DNA of 52,557 bases from Ministeria vibrans ATCC 50519 (lineage: Eukaryota; Protista; Filasterea): positions 1 to 52,557 of the forward strand of contig CALSCP010001883.1 of NCBI GenBank assembly GCA_943704425.1, written 5' to 3'. Under the pieces are notes generated by a model that worked only from the letters and a program-made list of their open reading frames with translations, was not told the DNA's origin and did not search any database. This document shows, one piece after another, positions 24,539 to 36,662 of the stretch. Position 1 is the first letter of the stretch. The number at the start of each line of letters is the position of its first letter. Both the position numbers and the translations under genes were made by a program.

Positions 24539-26011
24539 TTATTCCTTGAGCTTGACGAGGCCAAAGTGCTCAAGGGCATGGCCCATGTCGACAAGTGCCT
24601 TGCTGACCGGAGTGAACTCAATGCCAAGGACAGTGCGTGCCTTGGCATTGCTCATGTGCGGACGGAAAGCAATGGGCGCCTTCTCCGTCGTGGGCAGGAG
24701 GTCATTGTTGAACTGCACGAGAGAGAGAGAGAGAGGAGAGAGGAAGGAGGGAGAGAGGGAGGGAGAGAGAAAAACAAAGAGATAAGAAGAAAAAGACAAA
24801 GTGATAGGGAGGGAGAGAGAGAGAGAGAGAGAGAGAGAAGGAAGAGAGAGAGAGAGAGAGAGAGTGATAGAAAGTAATACAAAAAAAAACAAGACTCAAG
24901 TCTCGATGGGTGTTTGTCTCTCTCGTTCGTACTTCACCCGAATTGGCCAAATGCTGACAAATCTCAAGCTGGGAGACACCATCCTCGGAGGAGAGGATGA
25001 AGCGGCCCTGAGCCTCATCGATCTCAAGGGCGCGGAGGTGGGCCAGTGCGACGTCACGGACGTCCACAACGCCAAAGCAGGACGGAGCACAACCACCTGC
25101 CTCCTTGATGGCCCCTGACAGCGCACGCGTCACTAGACGCACTGACTCGCTGTCCGAGCGTGACGACTGCGGTGGACCCGCCACAAACGCAGGGTTGATG
25201 ACACGCAGCTCAGGGCCTAAGTACAACAGTCATGTACACACAGTGAATGAGTGCATCAGATAGACACTTCAGCTGACCTGTGCCCGGGTCCGATTCGAGC
25301 TTTCCCTCCACAAAGTTCCAGGCAGTTCGCTCCGCAAGGCTCTTGCTCAGACGGTACGCTCCGTTCTCGAGGGTCGAGTCGGTGTTCCAGTCGTCTTCAG
25401 CGTGAATCTAAGTCGTGCATGGTACACAGTGTGTGAGTGGCACAGTGCGCACAATCATCGCATTGAAGCGTTACCTTGTCGGCCGGCGGAGTCGCTTGGC
25501 CAACAACGGCGGCAACACTCGAGGTGAGGACAACGCGCTGGTGGACACAAGGGCGTCACGAGACACTATAAGGGGCGTTAGGGGTCGTCGTACCTTGACG
25601 CCCGCGCGACGTGCCGCGCGCAGGACATTGAGCGTGCCGTTCACTGCGGGGTCCACAAGATCACGCTGCGGATCTTCAACGGAGAGCTACGTGGCCGCGG
25701 GTGCCAGCAGGAGAGACGCATAAGAGTTTGCCGGCGGTTTTTCTTGTGTTGGGTCATGTGTCAAAAACCTGAAAAGGAGATGCGGTGTGGAAAACGTAGT
25801 CACAGCCCTCGAAGCACTTGTCGAAGCTGCCGGGCTTCATGAGGTCCGCCTCGTACAGCTCGACATTGGGGAAATCCGCCTGGAGATGGGCGACTTTGGT
25901 GGGATTGGAGAGAGAGCGGACAGTGCCGCGCACAGTGTAGTCCGTGAGGATCTTGATCAGCGAGCCCGCAATGTAGCCACTGGCTCCCGTAACTGCAACA
26001 ACACCCTTCAT
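24539..26011 (-). CDS. NAD(P)-dependent epimerase/dehydratase, dihydroflavonol/cinnamoyl-CoA reductase-like, multi-exon
   Basis: VAVTGASGYIA, VRGTVR, FHTASP, DPAVNGTLNVL, VINPAFVAGP, VVDVRDVALAHLRALE..GRFIL, NAKARTVLG. Confidence 0.9.
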
Positions 26012-26297
26012 TTGTATTGCTAATTATTGATCTGAGTTCAAATAATTCACTATAATTGTGGAAAAAATTGGAAACAAAATATCAAAACAATCATCAAATT
26101 TATCTAGGAAAATAATCACAAATTAATCCAGAAAAAGAACTTGATTCTTGACTATAAAAACAAAATCCAGAAAGATAAAATGCAGACTTTTTCTGGATTT
26201 TGTGATTATTGTCCCTGGATGAGTTTTTTTTTTTAAGATTTCACAGATTTGTTACAATACAATTACAGATGTAGTTGAATCGCCTGCATGGTTCATC

Positions 26298-27174
26298 CTA
26301 CTCAACCTTGAGATCAAGACCAAGCTGGGGTGACTGAGGAGCAGCGGCAGAGGCAAGGACAGGAACAGCAACGGCCGCTTGGACAGTGACACGGCCCACA
26401 CGACCCTCGGCACGCACAGCGAACCCTTGCTTGGTGTCGAAACGCACACGGATGCGGTAGTTGTCGTTGGCCGTGAGGGGCTTGTGGTCCAGGCCCACGG
26501 CAAACTCGGCTTCGTTGCTGTGCATGTTGAACTCATAGCGGGTCGAGGCAGTCGTGCAGGGAGTCACGAGAGTCGTCAGGGAGCCCGTCACATGGCCACT
26601 GATAGGTGAAATGGAGAGTGTCAGCCACGAAAGCGGACCGACACCGCCGGGCAGACGCGATTCATGCTCGTATCGTCGTCGTCCGCCAATGGACAGTCCT
26701 GGCGCCTCTTGCACTCCCGAGTAGAGCAGTTCTCCGCCTATTGAGTATTCAGGCATGCTCGTGAGCGTACGCATCCCACTCACACCAAACACTTGGTCAT
26801 GGCTCTGCCAGAAGAACCGCGATTGCCAGGTTGAGCGCTCCACAGCAACCTCCACACCACCCGTGCTCGACTTGTGCTCCAATGCACTCACACCACTCAC
26901 TCGCAGACGCACCGACTCGCTCATTTGTTGCTCGTACAGCGCCTCCATTGCACTGTCACTGGCACTTACACACGCTGCAAGCTGGTACGCTCCCACAGGC
27001 CACTTGCCGCGCGCAAATCGATCGTCCACTGTGTCCTCCACCAGACGACCGGCACTCCCGCGTCGTTGCACTGTCTCTCGCCATCTTGTCGTCAGGTTCT
27101 CCTCAATGGCCTCCTGAAGGTTGGTTTCAGTGCTGGCGGTGGAGGAAGTTGTCGGTGGCGTGAGGCGACCGGCG

Positions 27175-27254
<80 letters not shown>

Positions 27255-27630
27255 NNNNNNNNNNNNNNNNNNNNNNNNNNNNNNNNNNNNNNNNNNNNNN
27301 NNNNNNNNNNNNNNNNNNNNNNNNNNNNNNNNNNNNNNNNNNNNNNNNNNNNNNNNNNNNNNNNNNNNNNNNNNNNNNNNNNNNNNNNNNNNNNNNNNNN
27401 NNNNNNNNNNNNNNNNNNNNNNNNNNNNNNNNNNNNNNNNNNNNNNNNNNNNNNNNNNNNNNNNNNNNNNNNNNNNNNNNNNNNNNNNNNNNNNNNNNNN
27501 NNNNNNNNNNNNNNNNNNNNNNNNNNNNNNNNNNNNNNNNNNNNNNNNNNNNNNNNNNNNNNNNNNNNNNNNNNNNNNNNNNNNNNNNNNNNNNNNNNNN
27601 NNNNNNNNNNNNNNNNNNNNNNNNNNNNNN

Positions 27631-27681
<51 letters not shown>

Positions 27682-27961
27682 GAATGTGAGTTTGGGGGTT
27701 GTCTGAAAAAAAAAGACTTTCTCTCTCACCTGTCAAAAACAAAGGAAAGTGCCAATGAATCACGATCAGTCGACGCGTATACGGTGCGTGTAAAGTATGG
27801 ACTCATGACATTGACAAGGGCGGCGCGCCATGGCGACGAGGGGACTCCGAATGAGAGGCACTACAGAATTCAGAATTTGGTGAGTTGATAGAGCGTTGAT
27901 TGCAGAGTTGTACGTCGTCGGCGCCCGCGGAGAGGTCAGTGTAATCGCCGCAAGAGCTCAT
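26298..27961 (-). CDS. MDM10: Mdm10-like mitochondrial outer-membrane beta-barrel (ERMES/SAM); spans an assembly gap
   Basis: N-terminal exons MSSCGDYTDLSAGADD|CLSFGVPSSPWRAALVNVMSPYF resemble Mdm10 (SYSSLTATA..LLDF..P); C-terminal half SIGGELLYS...GLSIGGR, LTLSISPISGHVTGS, STRYEFNMHSNEAEFAVG resembles Mdm10 TLNPLMGH and SRFDFNVYSYES. Confidence 0.75.
27176..27680. repeat. Intronic (GT)n/(GA)n microsatellites flanking an N gap
   Basis: (GT)n at about 27176-27230, (GA)n to 27254, N run, (GA)n 27631-27680. Confidence 0.9.
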
Positions 27962-28788
27962 ATATAGAATACGTACGACAATTTGTGTGTGTGTGCAGTG
28001 CTATTCAGTGTTTCACTTGGAACTGATTACTGATCTTCATTTTTTTCGCATTCATTCACTCTATATGTCGTCTCTGTATTGTAAAATTGAAGATAGAGCT
28101 CAAAGGGGATTCATTGCGTTGAATGCTTGTGATGTTACTGATGTAGCGGACGCGAAATTCGAATGTTTTATGATGGTCGTTGTGGCACCGGTAGATGTGT
28201 CAAAGTTTAAGGGGCAGTCGACAACGTCGCTGGCTCCTCATGCTGAGCTGTTTGTGCCGCGACTAATGGAAGTGGTGCGTTGACGTGTGTATCGACGACA
28301 TGGTTGTCTGTGCCAGAGTGAGTGCTGCAAACAATGATAAAGCGTGTGCATGACTCCCGCCAAAAACTGCCGACCAAACCGGTGTACATCAATTGCACCT
28401 GAGCAGGTACCGGAACCGTGATCTTGATCGTTTTGCTCGTTCAACGCTGACAACGTTAATTTCCGCACGGGGTCGTTGGCGCGCAATCGACTGCTAGCCG
28501 TGGCGTCGGTCTGAACAGGCTCTGCATACCGCGGCACGGCACGTCGTCGTGTGTGGAAGATGGCTAACGTCCCCTCGCCAAGGATGAGCGTGTGCTGAGA
28601 TCCTTCGCCGAGACGGCACACGAGTCGGAGGTGGCGCACATCATTGTTACTGTGCTTCAGCCGCTTGTCACCAGATCGCAACACGTACACAGCGTCCAAG
28701 TCACCCTTCAAAGGCACACTGAGACAACAAATGCCGTGCTGACGGCCGAGGTAGCTTTTCGTTCACTGCGGTCTCCCAACGGACTCCC

Positions 28789-29050
28789 AACATGGCCAAT
28801 GTGTTCAAGGCACAAGGAGACTACAGTCGTGCTCTTGAGTACTATGAGCGTGCTCTGACCATCTGTGAGAAGTCTGTTGGTCCCGACCACCCATCCACAG
28901 GCGGCACATTGAACATGTAACATGGCCAATGTGTTCAAGGCACAAGGAGACTACAGTCGTGCTCTTGAGTACTATGAGCGTGCTCTGACCATCCGTGAGA
29001 AGTCTGTTGGTCCCGACCACCCATCCACAGGCAACACTTTAAAAAACTTT
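28789..29050 (+). pseudogene. Degenerate kinesin-light-chain-type TPR (42-aa) repeat fragment, two near-identical copies
   Basis: NMANVFKAQGDYSRALEYYERALTI(C/R)EKSVGPDHPSTG(G/N)TL twice; the period is 130 bp instead of 126, giving TAA at 28918-28920 and a frameshift. Confidence 0.8.
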
Positions 29051-29415
29051 ACTGGCCGTCTTCGTAGAAACTTTGCGGAGTAGAAATATTCTTCGCATGG
29101 TAGCAGGAGCAACTTGGCCTGTAAATCGTTCGCAGCAAACTCGTGCAGACGGAGTCACAGTCGCGTATCACCACGCACATCAATAGCCGGTTAATTTTGA
29201 ATAAATCCCTATCGCACGCTCCGCATGATTGCTTAATTCATTGTCGTCTGTGTCATGCGAGGAATTAGAGCCGCTTGACCTGCGTGTGATGAAACAGTAA
29301 GCAGTGACAAAGTTGAGGGTGCTTAATGTCAGATAAATATAACCAATCTCAACGCAAATGAACCAATCGCCACCATTCCTTCATACTGTACACTCGTTCC
29401 TCCCCACTTTGCACT

Positions 29416-29896
29416 TCAACGGGCCGAATGGATCTCGAGCCGACGGAATCCCGCATACTGCGGGTTCCCCAGGACCAGTCCCTTGGGTCGGTATACTCGC
29501 TCGTTCTCCACCGACACAAAGTTGGCCAGTTCTCTCATTCTCTATCAAGAACACACCCAGTCAGTCAACCCTAACCCTAACCCCAACTCGCTTCCGTTGC
29601 TTGTTTTACCTTTGCATAGTTTGTCTCAATGCACAAGTATGTCAGATAGCCCGTCACACATCCAAAGAACCCTTCCAACAGCACTCCAAGGTCTGTCGTC
29701 TCCGCCTAATAAATGCACACGGCGTCTCAATAACGAGTCACTGCCGTTCACGCTACTCAAATACAAACCTTGGCCATTATTGAGTTGATTTCGCGCACTG
29801 TCTTCTTAAAGTCGCTCTCTGGTAACTACAAAGAGAAAAGAAACTTAACCATCATCCACCCACCCTGCCTTGTGTGTGTGTGTGTGTGTGTATGTG

Positions 29897-29937
<41 letters not shown>

Positions 29938-30469
29938 GGGGCTCACACACCATTGCTGCCAGTTGTGGCGGATAGCTGGGATCAAAGCGGACGCCCATTC
30001 CAACTGCATAGTCTCGTTCGACGAACACATGAACGGGTTCGGGCCCATCGTCCGTCTAAGCAGACACACGTTACAAAGAGCACTCCCCCCACCCACCACG
30101 CACACACAGGCCCCACCTCGACTTCTCTCGGGGCCTCTGCCGTTCTGTTGCTGTCCAGAGAGACCTGTATGCCGCCCGACAGACTGCGCGGTTGAGGTCA
30201 GGCCAATCGCGCTCCTCTTTCGATATCTTACCTCGCGCCGCAGTACTGGCAAAAGCTATCATTCATGCTACTCATTTTCTGGCATGATGGGCATTGTACC
30301 TCCGACTGAGGTCGTTGACAAAGCGGGAGAGGGGAGAGAAACGGGAGAAAAAGGGGTTAGGACGGTCCTTTGCTGTTTCCAGCCTTACCCGCATGTCGTG
30401 TTCAGCACCTGGTGGTGCAGAGTCAAGGTCACCAACGACTGCAACAAGGTCCAAGTCGTCGTCGCTCAT
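29416..30469 (-). CDS. GOLGA7: Golgin A7/ERF4 (GCP16), DHHC palmitoyltransferase cofactor, multi-exon
   Basis: Spliced VHVFVERDYAVGMGVRFDPSYPPQLAAM | LPESDFKKTVREINSIMAK | AE...LLEGFFGCVTGYLTYLCIETNYAK | RMRELANFVSVENERVYRPKGLVLGNP...RRLEI. Confidence 0.88.
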
Positions 30470-30917
30470 TTTCGTTGTGTGTCAAAAGAGAGTCTCTCGC
30501 AAGTGCAGATGAAATAAAACAGCCCCTCAAGTACGATCAGTTGATTATGATTCACGGGTTTCTTAGAAGTTAGAGACTTAGAGTAAGAAAAGAGTGCTGA
30601 GTAACAACTGAAATGATATTGATTTACAATTAATAAATTCAATTATTGAGTAGACTATTGAGTCAAGAGTTCGTCAAGAGCTTATGATTGATATCTAACC
30701 GAGAGGCATCAATAAAGCCCTAACCAGCGCCACACTGCCCACTGGGCGAATTTATTATCTTTCTGCTGACCACAAAGGGCCCTAAGCTCAGTCTAAGGCA
30801 CTGGAGCGTTGACAGGGAGCATTGTTTTTGTAGAGTTCGCAAAATGCAAAGTATCAAAATTCAAATTGAATAAGATAAAATAAATTATCTTTTCTCTGCT
30901 CCTCCTCGCGTCTCATC

Positions 30918-33059
30918 ATGCCGATGGTCATTCGCACCGTGGTCACTAAAAGTGACGCGGTCATGGGCCTCGCTGCACCCGGACAAGTCAAGGTAGTCCC
31001 CACAGCCCATCTCCCGTTCATTTCTCACCTCTCCACCACCCGCCCGCCCCCTCCCTGTGCTGCAGTCAAGCGAAGAGATGCTCCAGGCGTGTGTGGTCGG
31101 CAGCCTGGCCGACTCCATCCACGAACTTGGCCAGATTGCTGCGTATGCGGCTGAGGTCTTTGACGGTCTGCTCTCCACGACCACCGACATGTTCTCACGC
31201 ACCGTGGCCTTGGGCCACCGCATTGACAAGGTCACTTGCTTCCCTCCTTCTTCTCCTATTTGACTTTCTCTCTCTCTCTCTCTTTCTCTCTTTTTTTTTT
31301 CTTTTTTTTTTTCCGTTTTTTGTTTTTTTCGCATTCGTTTTTGGTTCGACCAAGCTGACGCCATCCATGAAGCACCCCATCCCCCTGCCCTCTCCCAGCA
31401 CGTTCTCAATCCCTTCCTCTCTCCCTATTTCGCTCTTCTACTCCAGTTTTTCGTTTTGCTGTTTCGACCGCACTCTCTCATATCCCCACTGATTTCCTGT
31501 GCGCAGCTCCCTCCTACTCAGCAGACACCTTCTTGTGCAGACTGCTGTCTTATCCAAATATCAGATCTCTCAAGATCTTCTCAGTCTTTCTCCTTCTCAA
31601 TGAATCTTTTTTAACTCTCTCTCTCTGTGTCTGTTCCCTTTCGTAGATCGAGACCCAGCTGCCGCAAATGCAAGAGCAGGCGGAGCGAAACGAGTTTAGC
31701 TTTGCGGTGGAGCGCGACGACTGGAGAAACAAGCTGAAGCCAGACCAGACACAGATTCTGACAGTCGGCTCGCGAATGGCTCCCATTGCTCGCGTCTACA
31801 CGGGCGTCAGTCCCAACCCGCCCATGAAGCAGCTCGACTCGTTCCGCGAAGATGGCATGCCATGCATGAAGCTCTACTCGTACCCACAGTTTTTCCAAGA
31901 GGAATGGATTCGTCTGCGTCAAAAGGAGGCGTCGGAGCGCGACAACCGTCGCAAGAAGAAGAAGAAGTTGCAGGTGCGTCCGAGCATTGCCGAGCGACCG
32001 CGCGCCAACGTGCGCGTCAAGGAAGTCGCCGTGAAGAAGTACGACTCGCATGGCAACGTTGTGGCCGAGGAGAAGAGCGGCGGCGGCGGTGGCGGTGCCA
32101 CTGCTCGTCCCGCCGGTCCCCCGCCACCACGACCCGGTAATGCCGCTGCCAAACTCGGTGCACCTCCTCCACCCCCACCTGGTGGCAAGCGACCCCAAGG
32201 CAAGCCCCAAGCAGCGCCCCCACCGCCACCACCGGGTGCCAAGGCCATTGCCAAGCCAGGCCAGCCTCCACCACCCGCCCCCAGCACCACCACCAACAAC
32301 ACCAACGCCGTCGCTGCAGCTGCCGCCGCATCTGCACCGTCATCCTCACTTCCCTCGTCCGCCCCACCCGCAGCACCCCCGTCGTCGTCTGCTCCGCCTG
32401 CACCCACACACTCTAAGAAGGCATCCATTGTCCCTGCCGAGGCAACCCCTTCGCCGCCCCCACCGCCGCCTCCCATGGATGATCTCATTCCGCCCCCACC
32501 GCCACCTCCGGAAGAGGAAGAGTTTGATCTGGGCATTGGCACCGACACCTTTGACCAGTCAGTCGCCGCTGCCAACGTCGCAGCAGACGCAGGTGCGCCC
32601 CCTGCACCACCACCGCCCATGGACGAGTACTCGGGCGTCCTCGAGGGCATGGAGCTGCCTCCGCCGCCTCCGAGCGACCCCCCGCCGCCCCTTGTCTTCA
32701 ACGCCCCCTCCTCCGGTGCCGACGGTGCTGCCTCGGCGCGCCCCAAGTCCTCCATGGTTGCCGCCAAGCCCGTGGTTGACCCTCGCAACAACCTCCTTGA
32801 TCAAATTCGCGCGGGTCGTACCCTGCGCAAGGTCGAGAACGACGACGAAGGCGGTGACACGATCGGCGGACTCAAGCGCGACAGCAGTGCCCTTAGCGGT
32901 GGCGTCCGTCGCAACCCGTCGAGTGCGTCGCGTGCCGGTGCGCCTCCTCGCATGGACTTCCAGAGCGAACTCACCTCCATTCTCGCCCGTCGCATGGCCA
33001 TGGAAGTGTCCGAGTCCGAATCGTCCAGCGACGAAGAGGACAACGAAGATTGGGATTAA
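30918..33059 (+). CDS. WAVE/SCAR Arp2/3 activator (WASF family); exons about 30918-30992, 31066-31230, 31647-33059
   Basis: SCAR-homology domain (ELGQIAAYAAEVFDGL; PPMKQLDSFREDGMPCMKLYSYPQFFQEEW), basic RRKKKKK, polyproline, WH2 RNNLLDQIRAGRTLRKV, central ILARRMAME, acidic DEEDNEDWD. Confidence 0.93.
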
Positions 33060-33317
33060 GTAGAAGTTTTTTTTTAAAATGAAGTTCATACATATTATTA
33101 TTACAAAACTATCACAAATTATTGAGTTGTCTTGTGAGCTATTACTATTCTCTGTCACTGAAGGAGTGGCTGTCGATTGAATGAGTCGAGAAGAGAGTCA
33201 CAACTCACAAGACGCTCACTGACACTGGGTCATTAGTTCACTTCATTCATGTCTGATAAATCACTAAAAAGTATTTCGGCTCAAAATCATTTATTAGTGA
33301 TTTATAATTATAATAAT

Positions 33318-36300
33318 GAGTAAAAGTCAGAACCCACCCATTTCAAAATTGAAAAGTCAGAACCCACCCATTTTCAAATCCTTGCTCAGAACCCACCCAT
33401 TTTCAAATCCTTGCTCAGAACCCACCCATTTTCAAATCCTTGCTCAGAACCCACCCACAGACCCACTTTCAAATCCTTGCTCAGAACCCACCCATTCCAA
33501 TTTCCAGATAGGCGAATTGGCGACATCAGATTTCCGTCATTCCATGCATTCGCATGCAAGCTTGCCTGTTGCTTGGTACGTTTGGTGTTTCTTATTATCT
33601 CTAAAGTTGGTATGTTTGGTGTTTCTTATTATCTCTAAAGCATCATTGTTGAATGATCACTATCTGCACTGATCACTCTTTTTGTTACGCCGTTGTCTTC
33701 TTCTTTTGCCATGGAGGGCGACACAGTGGATGCCGCGATGCTTGGGGACGATAGCGATGCTGGAGGCGTGCCTCGCACAGTCAGGAGCACGCGATTGATT
33801 TTGGCGCGCAAACGCTAAATCTCTCTGCTTCCTCCCTGCAGACACGCGATTTCATCGCCCTGGGCGACACTGTCCCACAGGCCGAGTACAAGGATACTTT
33901 CAAGCCTGGGAGTGCATTTCCATCAAAATCCGCTCTAAACGACGGACGCTACCGACTCGAGGCGCTCACGAATCTGCAGTCGCGCTGCCTGCAGAACAAC
34001 AACTCGATGCGCTTCACGTTTGTGTGTTCGACGGCGCCCAAGGAGTCTACGCGCGTGCCCGAAGCCGGCTGCACGTTCCACGTACGCGCGCGCGCCCGTG
34101 GCAGCGAATTTGTTGTCCTCTCCTCCAACCTCGTCCACACATGCGACTCACTCGCCAACCGCAGCAGCGTCCGCCGCAACCCGTCGCTGTCGGTCAGCGC
34201 CGTGGCCAACGCCGCCCGCTCGGTCGTGCCGACGACTCTTTCCGGCAAACGCGGCGATGCGACGAAAGCAATGCTCGCCAAAACCGGAGACGGCGCCGCC
34301 GCGAGCGCGTCGGCGCTGCGTCGCGGGGTTACTGTCGCGTCATCCGAATTCGCGGCGACTACGCACGCTGAGCCGTGGGGCGCTCTCGTTGCCTACATCG
34401 ACGCCTTTGACAAGGCCGACACGCTCAACTTGGGCGTGTTCGAAGTGGACGCCGACGTTTCGCCAGACGGCTGCGCTACATTCAAGCGCGCGATCTTGTG
34501 CCCTGGATCTACTGTCAGAATGCTGACCAGCGGCCTCGTCAGCGACATTGTCTGCATTGACTTCGGTCATCTCGGCGGGCGCGTCCGCAGCGTCGAATCG
34601 TTTCTTCATGCTCACATTGAAGGTGCGTACGGGCGCATGCTGGCCCGGCCGTGGAGCGACGTGGACACGACGATGATGCGGACGAGGACGACGAGGAGAA
34701 CGAGAGTGGTGCAGGCGAGGACGAAGCGGCGAGCCGTGCTGGCGTCGGTGGCCAAGCTGAACGGAAGCGCGCGGCAACAGAGCTAGAGGAGAGTACCGGC
34801 GACACGATGGCCAAGCGCCGTCGATGCATGGGACGACCGGCGGCGACCACATCTGGCTTTGGCAGCCTCGCGGTCGTCACAGCGCGCACGTTCACGCAGT
34901 CGCGCGTATTGCTCGCTGTGGGTGTGGTGGAGAAGGAGAGCGCTGAGGAAGCCAAATGGGTGCTCGAGACGATGGAAGCACATGTGCGATTCACACAGCA
35001 CCACGGCGGCATCAAAGTGATCTGCGATCGTGGCATCGCACTCAACAGTGCGATTGGCCAAGTGTACGGAGAGCTCGCCGACGTCGTCCACTGCATAATC
35101 CACTTCAAGCGCAATCTTTGCGGATTCCTGGCGACGTGCGACGACCTCACCAGCAAGGCTGACCGAATCGTCATCATGCAACATTTCGAGGTCGCCGCCA
35201 ACACCCCAGACACGCTCGTCTTCGAGGACGCCATGGCTGCTATCGAGCGACTGAGCAAGAAGAGCTTCAAGTACATCACCGACGGTCATCCGCCGCGCGA
35301 GTGGGCTGCGAGCGTGATCGGACAACGCTTTAATCCGTTCGGCAACACAACGAGCAACGACGCTGAGACAGTGTTTGCGGCCGCGAGCGAGGAGAAGCGG
35401 CAGAGTGGCCCACTCGAGACTGTGCGAAAGGTGGTGGCCGACGCAGCGGCGCGCATCTACCAGGCGAAATCATTCTCGCGCCGGCCGGGCAACTTCTTGG
35501 CATCAGCTGCAATGAATAAGGAGTTCAACAGCCGTGCGCAATGGGGTGCCAGCAACCTCCGACTGGTCGTGCAACTGGACAACGAGCGTGTCCACGTCGC
35601 CAGCCACGACTGCCCCAGGCGCACTCTTGAAGTGGATCTGGCTGAGGCCACGCCGCGATCGTCTTGGTGCTCCTGTGGTCGCAACGCAGTCGATATTCTC
35701 CCGTGTGTACACGTGATTTGGGCTGTGAAGATCTTTAAGCTGCGCGGCGGCGACGAGGCCTCGATTGTCCTCCCCGAGTCAACAGCGGCGTTCGTTTCCG
35801 AGCGCCTCCGAAACATCACAATGTACGTGCCGCCGACCAGCAACCTGCGCGCTGCGCCGAACATCAAGGCGCCGGTGTGGATCACGGTGGAGGTGCCGCG
35901 TTCCTACATTTTGCAGTCACCAACCCTTGTCAACATTGTGGAGCGCTCGGCCCCCGTGGCGCTCACGTCCAAGCAAGCTTTTCTTGCAATCACCGGGGCG
36001 CAAGCTCGGACTGGCGCACGCCATTCATCGTTCGGCGAGATCGACGTGAACGAAATGGCCGCGAAGCGCATCGCCGGCAACGAGATGCGCAAGAAGGTGA
36101 AGGTGACTTTGGGCGACGTGGCCGAGGCGCTGGGCAAGATCAACAAGCAGAGCAGCTCCGCAACAACTACAACGTCTACAGCAACAGCTACAACAACTAC
36201 AACCACCTCAACGACACCCACAACCCCCGCGTCGGCTGCGCCCAACCCACCGACGGGCGACGCAGGCGATGAGGGGAAAACCAAGAAGAGCCGCGGCCGG

Positions 36301-36620
36301 CGCCCATGCCAGGCTTGCGGCCAGCTTGGACATTACAAAAAGACGTGTCCAAAGCGCGAAATGAGCACGCCAGTTGAGCTTGGCGAGAATCAAGAGAACG
36401 AAGAGTGAAGCGAAATGAGTGAAAGAATTAAGAAAGAAAGTTTGTGGAAAATGGGTGGGTTCTGATCAAGGATTTGAAAATGGGTGGGTTCTGAGCAAGG
36501 ATTTGAAAATGGGTGGGTTCTGAGCAAGGATTTGAAAATGGGTGGGTTCTGAGCAAGGATTTGAAAATGGGTGGGTTCTGACTTTTCAATTTTGAAATGG
36601 GTGGGTTCTGACTTTCACTC
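33318..36620 (+). mobile_element. Complete Mutator-like (MULE) DNA transposon with foldback-type tandem-repeat TIRs and 9-bp TSD
   Basis: TATAATAAT at 33309-33317 and 36621-36629; ends GAGTAAAAGTCAGAACCCACCC... and ...GGGTGGGTTCTGACTTTCACTC; six CAGAACCCACCCA cores (~29-bp period) on each side. Confidence 0.95.
33711..36408 (+). CDS. MULE (MuDR-type) DDE transposase with SWIM and C-terminal CCHC knuckle; needs an intron or frameshift near 34621-34786
   Basis: N-terminal C..C..HxC DNA-binding motif; VCIDFGHL (D1), VICDRG (D2), HCIIHFKRN (CxxH), TTSNDAET (E), SWIM CSC..PCVH, CQACGQLGHYKKTC. Start and first intron approximate. Confidence 0.85.
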
Positions 36621-36662
36621 TATAATAATTATGATTAATTTATAATGGTTAATTATTTTCAC

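Noticed and set aside
29567-29584. (CCCTAA) telomere-like repeat
   Set aside because: Fewer than three full units, inside a GOLGA7 intron; too short to call an interstitial telomere.
33318-33497. 29-bp repeat arrays (also 36445-36620) as a CRISPR array
   Set aside because: No unique spacers; the arrays are inverted relative to each other and form the TIRs of a MULE.
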